Source: Haliotis cracherodii (lineage: Eukaryota). Taken from it: a stretch of DNA of 64,000 bases. Numbering within the stretch: position 1 is the stretch's first letter; each line of letters starts with the position of its first letter. Where the stretch lies: the NCBI RefSeq assembly GCF_022045235.1, contig NW_027266308.1, positions 54,064,001 through 54,128,000 of the forward strand, in the 5' to 3' direction. Below, piece by piece: positions 13,156 to 25,500 of this stretch. The notes under the pieces are model-generated. The model was not told the DNA's origin. It searched no databases and was given only the letters and a program-made list of their open reading frames with translations. Position numbers and translations under genes: made by a program.

Positions 13156-14929
13156 CGCATCCACCATGGTGGATACGAGGCATCATGAGCTGGATCGTCG
13201 GTCTTGGTACAGCATGGTGAAGGACCACTCTCAGATGCATCATGTACTCAGACTGGCACCTGTGGGAGCCTTGACATTTTAACAATCCCAGTATACACTG
13301 AGATGATATCGCAGCATGAGGTGTAGACCTTTTACGGAGATGATGACCCACAAGCAATGAGTTGAGGGTTTAAGGCATCGGGGACAAGCACTAGATGCAC
13401 ATAGCAAGACCAATACTGCATGATCTAGGTGGGGATATGAAGCTGCACAAGACGTAATCCTTCCCATGTAGTTGATGTGTCATGTCAAATGGACTCCTTG
13501 AATCAGTGTTAGATGGTTGGGGAAAGAAGACTTTACTCATTGTCATAAATTGTCCAATTATGTACAATTTATTTAGTTTTCTCTAATTGTTAAATACGTC
13601 TTCATGATCTGTGTGAATGAAAAATATATTCTAAATTTATGTGCTAAAGTTACGGTCTTTGTCATTTAGAACTGAATGAGCATAGTGAAAACCCTCACCT
13701 ATTTGTGAATGAAATGTAAAATACATGAATTATTTTATTGTCATGTTAAATTATGTGATTATGTTTTGACGTAGAGGGGATAATAAATTATTTTTGGATA
13801 TTCTTTGCTATGTTCTTATTACTGTCGTGGTGGTTTGTAGCCACTGGTTGATGCTGTGAGCAGTGTCCAGTGCTGTCTGGGTACAAAAACAATACAAACA
13901 ACTGACCACCTACCCGCCTGATACACCAAATAACAGACTATTGGGGTCTAGCTTTCGAATAGGTCATCAGCAGCCCATGATTGCTGTAAGAGACGACTAA
14001 AGGGATCGGGTGGTCAGGCTCGCTGACTTGTTGCAGGGTTTCATTGTTTGTCCCCATGTTCAAACCTCCTCTGTGACTATATGCCTCTGAAACTTGCCAT
14101 ATGTAGAGTTGATGTCATGAGTTGTCAACTTATGTAGTGTACGACCTTGAGAGTGAACTTGACCTTCAACATTAGTGGCAATTATTCCAAAGGGCTATCC
14201 AGCATATTAAGCAAATGTGATGTCTGTTGGTGGAAAGTAATGAAACTGTAGCATAAGCTTCTCATTGAAAGTAGTTGTCCATAAAGAAGAATTAAAATGA
14301 CATAATAAGTAGATGCACAAAAATATCTACAGGAAAAGGCCAGCATACTTTACAAATGACCTTCACTGGGCCTTAATAAAAAATATGTGAGTTCTAGTAA
14401 TTCCACAACACCAGTCTCCAGCAATTTAAGAGCATGATCAAAACAATGTCAAAATTAATATTTGCACAAATGTGGAATGTGTTTTAACTCCGAATTAACT
14501 AAACAATGTAAATTTCATCACATTTTTATAGTATCTTAATTTTCACATTGTTTCAAAATCTGCAAGTGTGAATATTATTTCAGAATATTGTTACAATGAA
14601 TAACAGATACATTTAGTTGACACAAATTTTAAACTCGGCCATACTACCAACAAAAGGTAAGGGGACTAATGAAATGTTAGTGAAGGTGTAATGATGATAA
14701 AATTAATGTCCGTAAAATTAATTTCAGGGTTGTAGATCAATATCTGGTGTGTTCACGTTGGGCGATACATGCACGACAGTTTCCCCCGACAACTTGAGGG
14801 TATACTGTTGATTAACTTGTGTATGGTTGCTCTTGGTTTTGCCCGCCATTCCTCCTGAAGAGCTACCCAAAGTTCGGCCACGTTGGTCAGTGATGAGTCT
14901 CGTGTACACTCTCCACCCGTCAGTCAAAT

Positions 14930-15800
14930 GTCCATACACCGTCCTGGTGACGACTTTGGGTGTGTGTGGTCTGGCATTGTCATCTTGCAGATCAAAATTT
15001 CTGCCAATAATACTAGTGAAATAAAATGACAGGATGCCAAAATTCGTCAACATATACTACTCAAAAGAAGTTAAAGAACACCCAAATCTTTCATATTACA
15101 TGCCAAAACACATTAACTATAGTAATATGAAAGAATCGGGTGTTCTTCTTAGTATATATATCTGGCCAGTCAAATAACAAAAACCAAATCAGTTGACCCG
15201 TCGTGTGATACTGACCCACACCATGGCACTACCACCCCCATACCAATCATGGCCAAGAATTGTTGCGCTGGCATACTGCCAGCTGTTACGTCTCCCAACT
15301 CTTTCTGGCATCTGTGAAATGGAGGAAAAACCTTCGCCTAGCCCACCCTAATCGCCTGCATGTGGTAATCTGTTAGGGTCCTGTCCTTCACATAAAGCCT
15401 TGCTTTCAGGCGGGCTGCATAGAACATTTTTTTAATGATTGATGTGGAAATTCGACTTACTGTTATTGTACTGAATTATTTGCATACTGCAATGAGATGA
15501 TCTTTTTAGGTGTCTCTTTTTTTAAGCCTGTGACACCCAGGTCTCATTACAACCCCACCCATTTGAATGAACTTGTCCTCCCATCGTACTAACAATTTCC
15601 ATTTTGTCTGTTCAATGAGATACAGTTAGGAGGCAAACAATATATCACATGACTAGCCACGGGTGCGGGTAGTCCTGTGGGTATCCAGTCCTACTTAGGA
15701 ACCACTCGAACCGAGTACCTTAGTTATCTGTCCAAGCCCTCGTTTCTAGCTCTCACTTGGCCGCCAAGGTAATCCCAAAGGTGCTTCTGTAATTTGATTA
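14930..15800 (-). mobile_element. Decayed Tc1/mariner transposase fossil
   Basis: Minus-strand fragments translate to Tc1 motifs: RISTSII..AARLKAR (~15395-15460), GGGSAMVW (~15215-15240), LQDDNARPHT (~14960-14995) and HLWDYLGGQVRAR (~15745-15785). Frameshifted and interrupted. Confidence 0.75.
15053..15160. mobile_element. Small palindromic TA-flanked MITE inserted in the Tc1 fossil; a related end starts at ~23184
   Basis: Arms aagaacacccaaatctttcatattac and gtaatatgaaagaatcgggtgttctt. The terminus tatactactcaaaag recurs at ~23184. Confidence 0.6.
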
Positions 15801-16004
15801 TTCTGCTCTGACAAAATACCCTGACACACTCACTACAGTATCTTTTAATATTCATCATGTTGTTTGAGGGAAATTCTGTGGAACGTTTCTGATCCGACAA
15901 ATGGAGAAAGGATGGGTTAAATCAAGTTGTGCTAATTGGTACACCTAAAACATGTTTGCCACACAAAGTTGTGATACGTTCAACTTGACACGTGGCACAG
16001 ATTA

Positions 16005-16442
16005 AACAAGAAAGAAGTGAGCAAAGCTCACATACCCCCGTAATCCCTGCTGGTCAACAACAAATAGTAAATAGTTTGTTAATTAATTAAATATACCTGT
16101 TGCTTTAAGTCAGAGGAACTGCCCTTTCCTTTGTAACCCCATGAGGATGCATTATGTTTCAAATGAACACATGTTTTTGCAAATATATTTCAATCTAGTG
16201 TGGGATAATGCTTAGCACAACATACATTCTTGATGTCTCTTAATGTTTCCATGGAAACAGCAAAAATTAAAAAGTACAGAATCTTCAAACTAGCAAAAGG
16301 CACAAGTTCTCATTGTGGTAAATGTGTGTAGCAAGTTTGGTGAAGCTAGGGTGCATGGTTAAAAAGTTATGGGCCGTACAAAAGCACGGAGGGACAGAAC
16401 GCTATATACCCCCGATTTACTTCGTAAACGGGCGTATAAAAA
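16005..16442. mobile_element. Putative non-autonomous Helitron/Helentron-like (HINE-type) repeat
   Basis: Starts aacaag... and ends in the hairpin tatacccccgatttac-ttc-gtaaacgggcgtata in an A-rich site. The layout resembles molluscan HINE-type repeats (recognition only, not searched). Confidence 0.45.
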
Positions 16443-16552
16443 TGAACACAGCTGATTGGAAAAACAACACAACCAGTGAGTTGATACACAATGACATTTA
16501 TTTACATGCAATTACACGATGGATGCTTCCAGAAATACGGTTTCTTGGTCCA

Positions 16553-19500
16553 TTAACTTGCAGCTCTAGAGATGATTTGTCTCTGAAAAATGAAAATGCC
16601 AATTTTAATAACAATTCGTTTCTTACTGAATAGTCTCAGAGATATAGCGCCACAAAACAAATTCTGTACACAATAAGTAAACACACAAGATGAGGCAAGC
16701 TCAACTAGCACTGTTCACATGGCATCATATTCACATACATTCTCCAAGAGTAAATACAAAAATCTGAATTGTTATTTTATTACCACCTACTGACCAGTTT
16801 TCACACAGAGAATTCATAAACCAGAAACAAAAGAACCTATGTATAGCTTAAAATTGATTAACCAGAGATGTTTGTTAAAATGCAAATTTGTATTTCCAAA
16901 TCTGCGACCCAGAAAAGCCTGACCTTGATGAAGTCTAACGTGTTGGTAGCATGCAGGCCCAGACTCCTCAGCACAACAATGGGTGTGAAGTCCACGCTGT
17001 ATAGCTTCTGTAGCCCATCAATAGCACCCATCACTGGCACCACGTGGCGCTGTCTCTCCGTCTCGTAGTCATGGAGATGGGTTAATGATCCTGGAAGAAA
17101 ATGGCATGGGAATCAGAGACCTTAACAACTAAATTTCACATCTCTAAGCAGTGGTAGACACACACGAGTGAAACAATGTTTGTCACACCCAGAGAAGGAA
17201 ATGGGATTAAAACATTGCTACATTGTAAACAGGCACCCCATGTACATCATCTTGATATATATTACATGTCTGTGAAGAGATCACTCGTTTAATAAAATTA
17301 CGTCCTACGACATTGTGACATGCTTGTAAACTTTGTGATGCAGGGTCCGATTCCACTAGGCGATTGTAGCACAACGACACTCATGAGTAAGTCTATGTAT
17401 ATGGAATTTACGGATAACCTTAGCACTGCGATGGCTTATGTGAAACGGAACCCTGAAGTCTGGCCATTGTATAGTATCAAATTAATATGCATCAACTTTT
17501 GACCTGTTTGGAGTATTATTATTCTGTTAAACTCAATTGGATTATGCTGTGGATCGCGTAGATGTCTGCCTATTCACACAGGACAGTGAAAACTCGCTCC
17601 CGTGTAATACCAATGTTATGAAACTCGTGAATAGTTCTGGTATCTGACTTGCTTTTTGCTCGTCAGATACCAGAACGATTCACTCGTTTCATAAAATTGG
17701 TATTACTCAGCTCATTCAATATTATATATATATATATATATATGAGACATTCTTTCAAAACTGTTTGTGATGATGTGATGAAGATTCTTAAAACAGTATT
17801 TAACTGAATCGACGACTGGTACAGCTATATCATGTACCTACCAAGATCACTACCGTTCTGTAGTGCTGCTGTCAGAGTCCCTGACAGACATGCTACATCT
17901 CCAAAGCCCAAGTTGACCCCTTGACCTGCCAGCGGATGGAGACGATGGGCAGCATCACTGAAACAATGATTAGTGATCTCCATTCAGTAAGCACCACACC
18001 CGAAACAAGGATTAGTAATCTCCATTCTGTAAGCACCACTACTGAAACAATGATTAGTGATCTCCATTCTGTAAGCACCACTACCGAAACAATGATTAGT
18101 GATGTCCATTCTGTAAGCACCACACCCGAAACAATGATTAGTGATGTCCATTCTGTAAGCACCACACCCGAAACAATGATTAGTGATCTCCATTCTGTAA
18201 GCACCACTACCGAAACAATGATAAGTGATGTCCATTCTGTAAGCACCACACCCGAAACAATGATTAGTGATCTCCATTCTGTAAGCACCACTACCGAAAC
18301 AATGATAAGTGATGTCCATTCTGTAAGCACCACACCCGAAACAATGATTAGTGATCTCCATTCTGTAAGCACCACTACCGAAACAATGATTAGTTATCTC
18401 CATTCTGTAAGCACCACTACCGAAACAATGATTAGTGATGTCCATTCTGTAAGCACCACTACCGAAACAATGATAAGTGATCTCCATTCTGAAAGCACAA
18501 CTACCGAAACATTAAGTGATCTTCATTCTGTAAGCACCACTACCGATATATAATGATTAGTGATGTCCATTCTGTAAGCACCACTACCGAAACAATGATA
18601 AGTGATCTCCATTCTGTAAGCACCACACCCGAAACAATGGTTAGTGATCTCCATTCTGTAAGCACCACTACCAAAACAATGATTAGTGATCTCCATTCTG
18701 TAAGCACCACTACCAAAACAATGATTAGTGATCATGTAAAATCTCAAAGCACCAGGCGAATCTTTGAGTCTCCACATTCACAAAAGGTCAATAAACATAA
18801 AAAAGTTCAAAGTAATCCTTGCAGTGTTGTGATGCAACAGTAGCTACTAATCTGAAGCCAGTGTCTAGAGAATTATGGTGTTCAGATTCAAATCTACTGA
18901 AAATTATGCTAATTGTCAAACTCCTAGTTTCAGGCGCTGGAGGCTGGTGTTGCACATGTGAACACTATTTTGGAAGGTAGACTTTTAATTAGGGCTGGCT
19001 ATTGATATAGATTACAGCAATCAGTAATCAACATATTTCATGCCACTCGTGAGCAGTGACACACTTATGCTATAAAACTTTGTGGACATTTGAGATATAA
19101 CAGTTGCTTTCCGCCTTCGACAATGGACATTATGGTCTGTAAATAATCAAGTCTGGACCAGACAATCCAGTGATGAGCATTGATCCACGCAATTGGGATA
19201 CTTTAGTCGCCCTTTACGACAAGCACAGTTGCTTTTTACAGCAAGCATGGGTTCTACCCTGGATCTTCATGGGTCGCTTCCTTCTTAACCAAATTTTAAT
19301 TCCACATCTCTAATAAAAGCAGTCTAATCAAATTCCACTTAAAAAAAAGATGAAGATGGTGATGTTACTTCCAAAAGAACAATGGTAGCAAATGGCCTTC
19401 ACACATTGTGCCCATGTAGGTAATCAAACCCGGGTCTTTGGCATGACAAGTAAACGCTTTAACCACAGGCTACCCCACCCCTCCTTTACACAATAGAATG

Positions 19501-22500
19501 GAAGTTCAATACACTAGATAATCAAACATGACACAAACATCATGTCTAGTTAATCACACATCCAGTACATGACTAACATTCTCACCCTATGAGGGCGACT
19601 CTGGGTCGCACATACGAGGAGGAGTGTATCAGCTGCAGTGGGAAGGCGCCACGACTGCCAGGCTCTATGTCCACCACTGTAGGAGGCAGCTGGCGGACTG
19701 TGTCTGGCCCTACACAGCAATAATACATGACTTATGTAAAAAAACGTGTAAATTTTTCTGAAATACAGATAACCTGAGAACATTACTATATTACCTTTAT
19801 AATAGTTAGCATTAGAATATCAGCCATACTTATGACACTACTTGTTGAGAAAAGGACATTTTTAACACTGATTAAACAAGAAAGGTGTTTGCATGACATG
19901 CAAAAGCAGACACAGCCCGATCTTCACCACAAAAAAGTAACTCATTCACACACATAACTTGAGTGTGTGAATGTGTTGGGTTTAACGCCGCTTTTAACAG
20001 TATTCCAGATATATCACGGCATGTCAGCTTAATGTGGGAGGAAAGCCCGAAGCGATGCAGGTCTCAGACATTTACCACTTCGGTGAAACCCACGAGCACG
20101 GGTATGGTGCTGACAAAACTAGAAACATAATCGGGGCGAACAAGTTCGAACCCACAATCATAGGTTTCTGGCTACTTAAGGGACACAACTCTGCACAGCG
20201 AATCGAGGCACCTTAGACGACGGGGCCACCCATGCCCCCTCACATAGCTTGAAAAAAAATAGAGGAATGAGAGTATTTTCTAACATGCCTGGCAAGATGT
20301 TCCTGACAACAGAACTGAAGACTTCCAGAGCTTTGTCCGCCAAAACATTCTTCTCTCGATCATTCCACTGTAATAAGATGCAATGTATTATCCATCTGGG
20401 ACCAGTATTTGTACCTTTTGTAACACAAGAAACTAATGTCTTGGAAAAAATTCAGATTACAGTTTAGTTTCTATACTTTTGTACGAGGAAATAGATGTCC
20501 ACCCCAAGTCAGGTATGAATCCTCCCAATTCCATTTGTAACATGACTCTTACATGATAACATTTGGTCTATGTTATCATTGGTAATCAAAAGGGCTGAGG
20601 TAAACGATGGAAGCCTGTTGAGAAATGTGTGCTTGTTGAGATTTTTTGTTTGCTGTTTAACACCATACTCAGTAATACTCCAGCAATATGACAGCAGTTC
20701 GTAAATAATTTAGCCTGGATGAGACACTCGAGTGATTTACATCATTTGCATGATCTAGGCAATTGGGATACGGCAAGATGCAGTAAGCCAAGTCATAGGG
20801 CTTGGCCTCCTGATCCTCATTGGTTATAATCGGTTGCTGGGGACCTATATTCTTAACTTGAATCTCCGTTGATGCCTGTTAAGAGATGGAGAACGTGTTG
20901 AGAGAAAGATATCCGGCTGCAGTTACATATCGGGTATAATAGTTTTGTTTTATCATCCACCATTCACTGTTCTCTCAACACTAGGGGTGAAACGATACAA
21001 CAAGGCCACGATAAAATATTATCATGATACATAGGTCATGATGATACGTATCATGATGCACATATTTACGTCAAATCATGTGGTTTTAGTTTGGTTTGTT
21101 GTTTTACACCGCATTTAGCAATATTCAAGCATATGACGGCAGTCTGTAAATAATCGAGTCTGGACCAGACAATCCAGTGATTTTCATCATGTACATCGAT
21201 CCACACAATTGGGATACGATGACATGCATCAACCAAGTCAGCGAGCCTGACCACCCGATCCCGTTAGTCGCCTTTTACGACAAGCATAGTCGCCTTTTAC
21301 GGCAAGCATGGGTTGCTGAAGACCTATTTTACCCCGGATCTTCATGGGACTCAAATCATGTGGAAACTTTTTGACTATTAATATTTCAGAGCTGGTTGCC
21401 AAGGAAAAGCTGGATGTAGACACATGTTCGTAGTAGCTCTTTTCAGTAATGAATTTAAAAAGCAACTGGTAATTACAACACAATTTGCAATATTTGACTG
21501 ACAAATACACTGGGATGGGGTCATCAAACGAGTAGTGAGTACTGTAATTTAGCTAGTGTATCATCTTGTATTGATACAGTAAAAAACATACTGTGTATCG
21601 TATCGTTACATGAAAACTCATGATGCACCGGTACACCGATGTATCGTTTCACCCCTACTTAACACCCTATCCATCCATGGCTTCATTCCACAAAACTTGT
21701 GTCACTTCAACTGTTGTAATTCATGCAAGTAGACTTCAGGTCTCTAAAGCTACTGAGGTGATGCTGACATCAAATGAACTCACAAAAGCATCATTCACTG
21801 CATCAACAAAGCTGTCCTCTGGTACGTTCAGCAGATGCTTGGCCGCCTCGTGCGTTGTGGACCACACCAGGGAACTAAGATTGTCTGTCAGCTGCAGAGA
21901 CATAAATTCTCCATTACTTTGTGCATATTGCATACTGTGTGAATGATCAGGGTACATAGTGAGATAGTCTCAAAATAGTGCTTGCCTTGAAAGTTACTAG
22001 CCACTTTCAAATTTCACAGCTTAAATATGCAACAGTTTATTTTCCAGAAATTTGAGTCAAATATTACGAAGCGGGGTTAACTCTGAGCTTGCAACCTCGA
22101 TTCCGTAAGGATATTAATTTGATGGTCGTATGGATCTACAGAAACGGAAAACTTTTTATATGTTGATCAACTAAGAGGTTTGCATAAAGAAATCCCCATT
22201 AAAATTTCAGTAGTCAGTTGGGCTAGAAACATTTCAGAACCATTTGCCCCACCGAGCGTTTGCTAGCCATGGGCAATTGGGCAGGTGGGCAGGTGGCTAT
22301 TTCACACACTGATAATGATAGGTCAATATTTACACTAAAAATACATTTAAATTGTACAAAACATATTTGTTACATATACCAATGTTTATACTTTAGTCTT
22401 AATATTGTACATACTGACCATAATGAAACAATCTTTTACAAATACAAATAAATAGAATTAAGTGCAAAACCAATAATTTTCCAAGGTATGTGGAAAATTA

Positions 22501-25500
22501 ATGGCCTTCCATGAATTCATTAAGGTTTATCCCAATCCAATAAAGTGTGGAATATAAACTAAATTGATTTTGATACGTTCCCATTTAACACTTCATTTGG
22601 CAAACATTCTGAACAATGCCACATAAAAAAAGAAACATACAAGGAGCAAGCTATCTTCATGAGTTAATTAAAAAGTACACGTGGCCAACACATTAGTACT
22701 TACTGGGAGCATTGCTATAGGACCAGTTGACAGGAACCGTTGCCAGGCAACACAGTTATCAGGTGCCTGCAACAGTCATTTCAGAATGTAACAATTGGTC
22801 AATATTTAAAAAAAACGCCTCTAATATTAAAAATATCTGTTGTTGAGTATGAACTTTGGTTTTTACAAGACTAAATTACAAAACGTTCCTTTTGAAATAG
22901 ATTGAGAGAGTAGTATGTGAGAGACCTCAGCTAGTTTGAGAGTTGCCACGATAGCTTTCTGTTTGTAGTCCCACGTGACCGTGTGGAAGTCGGCTGCTTG
23001 ACGGACTGCGGACTGGTTCCCATCAGCTCCAATCTGTTGGAAAACATACGATGTAGTCTCCCATGTCTGTTTGGTGATCATAACAACTTGTCTCCATACC
23101 ACCGATAACACATGACATGAGATAAGCAAATCAAAAAACATCCGAAATATCTTCAAACCAATACACACAAAACCAAATGTTCATATACTACTCAAAAGAT
23201 GTTAGGGATCACGATTCTTTCACATTACTATAGTTAATATGTCATGCCATGAAAAATTGCTACCAAATAACTAAACTGAACATGACTTGTATCAAGCCTC
23301 TCCGTCGGTCTAAGCAAAACAGGTCTCAAACTTGTGAACATCACCAGAATGCCAACAAAAACATCTTGATTGTGTAAATATTGTATCCTGAAATCTGGAA
23401 AGTTTTGTGAGCAGGAAAGTACTGCGAAACTGCGACTGATACACAATTGCAATAGCAATCTCATTAAAATCAGATCTTTGTTCTCGCTTCCGCTAAACAA
23501 AGATCTGAGAACATCCCATTACTGGTCATGTCAGGCCGACCTTGCGCGAGTTTTGACCGACCAATGGAATGACCAATCAGAAAGCAGCTTTCTCGTGCTT
23601 TACGGCACACATTTCAAATTGGGGACTACGCTTCGAAACATATTTTGACAAATTCTCGATTACAAATTTGAAACCTGACCAAAAAAACATTCCGGAATGG
23701 CTAATAGATGGTCTAGATTGTTAGGATTCGGTCGTTAAACCTGTAACTATCGTTCGGAATACACCATGTTAAACTTTTCGAGATTGCATGACTAGAAATC
23801 ACATTCCGACTGTCACTTTCATAATCTGGTAAGCGACGCACTGATTGGTCAGATGAAAGGTCGTTCTGACGTGACCCCCAACGGGATGTCTTCAGATCTT
23901 TGTTTAGCGGTAGCGAGAACTAAGGTCCGATTTTAATGAGATTGTCACAATAGTTTCATGACACAATTGTTTTAGCAGACCAATAACAAACAAAAGACAA
24001 TGGAGGCATATTTCCTTTTATTCACTTCCAAACATTGTCAACCAGGCAGTAAATGACTACACTGAGTAGTCAGACACACAACCACCTTTGTCAACTTCAA
24101 CATGCATCTATAGTTCAAAAATCACTATCTGACACTGAGTAACCATTTCCTCACACCAGTTCCTACTTTTAAGAAATAAGACAGGCAAACACAGTTTTGA
24201 TCTTCGTTATCCTTAATCGCAAAACTTTCCAGACTCTGTTAAGGCTATTGTTAGTCACTCGCAATAGATTCATGGCACAAAACATTCCACATTTACAGTA
24301 TCAAGACTAATACTTACGAGTAATCGTGTCCGTATGACATCTCCACTTTCCAGCTTCACGCCTACCAGTGGATGTTGCTTGGAAGAGAAATCTTTCACCC
24401 CAGGCAGCTCGTACGCCTTTGGTTTTGTTCTATAGCGGATCTCTACACGATCACCAACCTCAGACAACCTCTGCATCAGAGCCGCCAGGATGATGTCATT
24501 CTCAACAATGTAAGCCAGTGGTTCTGCCATATCTTCATTGTTGAATGTGATCATGGAGTCCGAGCAGGACTCCCAAACCTAGGGAGAGGAAAAGTATCAA
24601 CTGTTTGTTTTCCATCCAGTCATCATGGTCACATTGTAAGCAAACTGATCACCCGATAAGCCAAAATAAAAAGTTTTGTTTGTTTGTTTGTTGATTAATG
24701 CCGCACTCAGCAACATTCTAGCTATATGACAGCAGTCTGTAAATAATCGAGTCTGGACCAGACAATCCAGTGATTGAAATCATGAGCATCGATCTACGCA
24801 ATTGGGATACGATGACATGCATAAACCAAGTCAGCGAGTCTGACCACCCGATCATGTTAGTCGTCTCTTATGACAAGCATGGTTGCCTTTTACGGCAAGT
24901 ATTGGTTGCTGAAGACCTATTCTACCCCGGATCTCCACGGTTCAGAATAAAAAGTAACATTATTTTCTTCCATCCCTCTCTAGGTGTGGTGTTGTTAGTG
25001 GTATGTTTTCAAAGACATGCTGTTCTTATCCAGCCATGTTCATCATCATAAATACAGTGTACTGTAATGTGATGGTACAGATTATGAGAACATTGGTCTT
25101 TAGTGATGTATACAGGTGTAAATGGCCTTGTTAACATTTTTTAAGCCTTAACGAACCTGCATCCTCCTGACTGGTTGACATCTCATCTGTAGAATTTCAT
25201 CCCAACCACCGAAACCTGGAAGAAATACCAATAAATGAAGATAATCACACCTGTGAATCTGTAAATTTCTTTCAGCAAAGTAATGACACATGAAAGTGAA
25301 TACTTGTAATATGTTGACTGTACAATAAACTCATTAGAGGGAGTACTGTCTGTTAAACTTAGAATGCTGGCACTTTGTGATGTACATACTGTATATACAT
25401 TATAGTCAATGTGTAAAATGATATTTTACATATTGACTAGAAATTTGTTGATTTATTTCATAATGCAGATTTTTGCATTAAATTGTATATTAATATAACA

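Noticed and set aside
17893-18843. Mucin-like Thr/Ser-rich ORFs ([14 protein letters not shown])n
   Set aside because: Product of the 42-bp intronic minisatellite, open on both strands, antisense within COQ6.
21066-21374. Recurring similar short ORFs (also 24770, 51393, 63487) suggesting a peptide family
   Set aside because: They are translations of family A retroposon copies with inconsistent frames.
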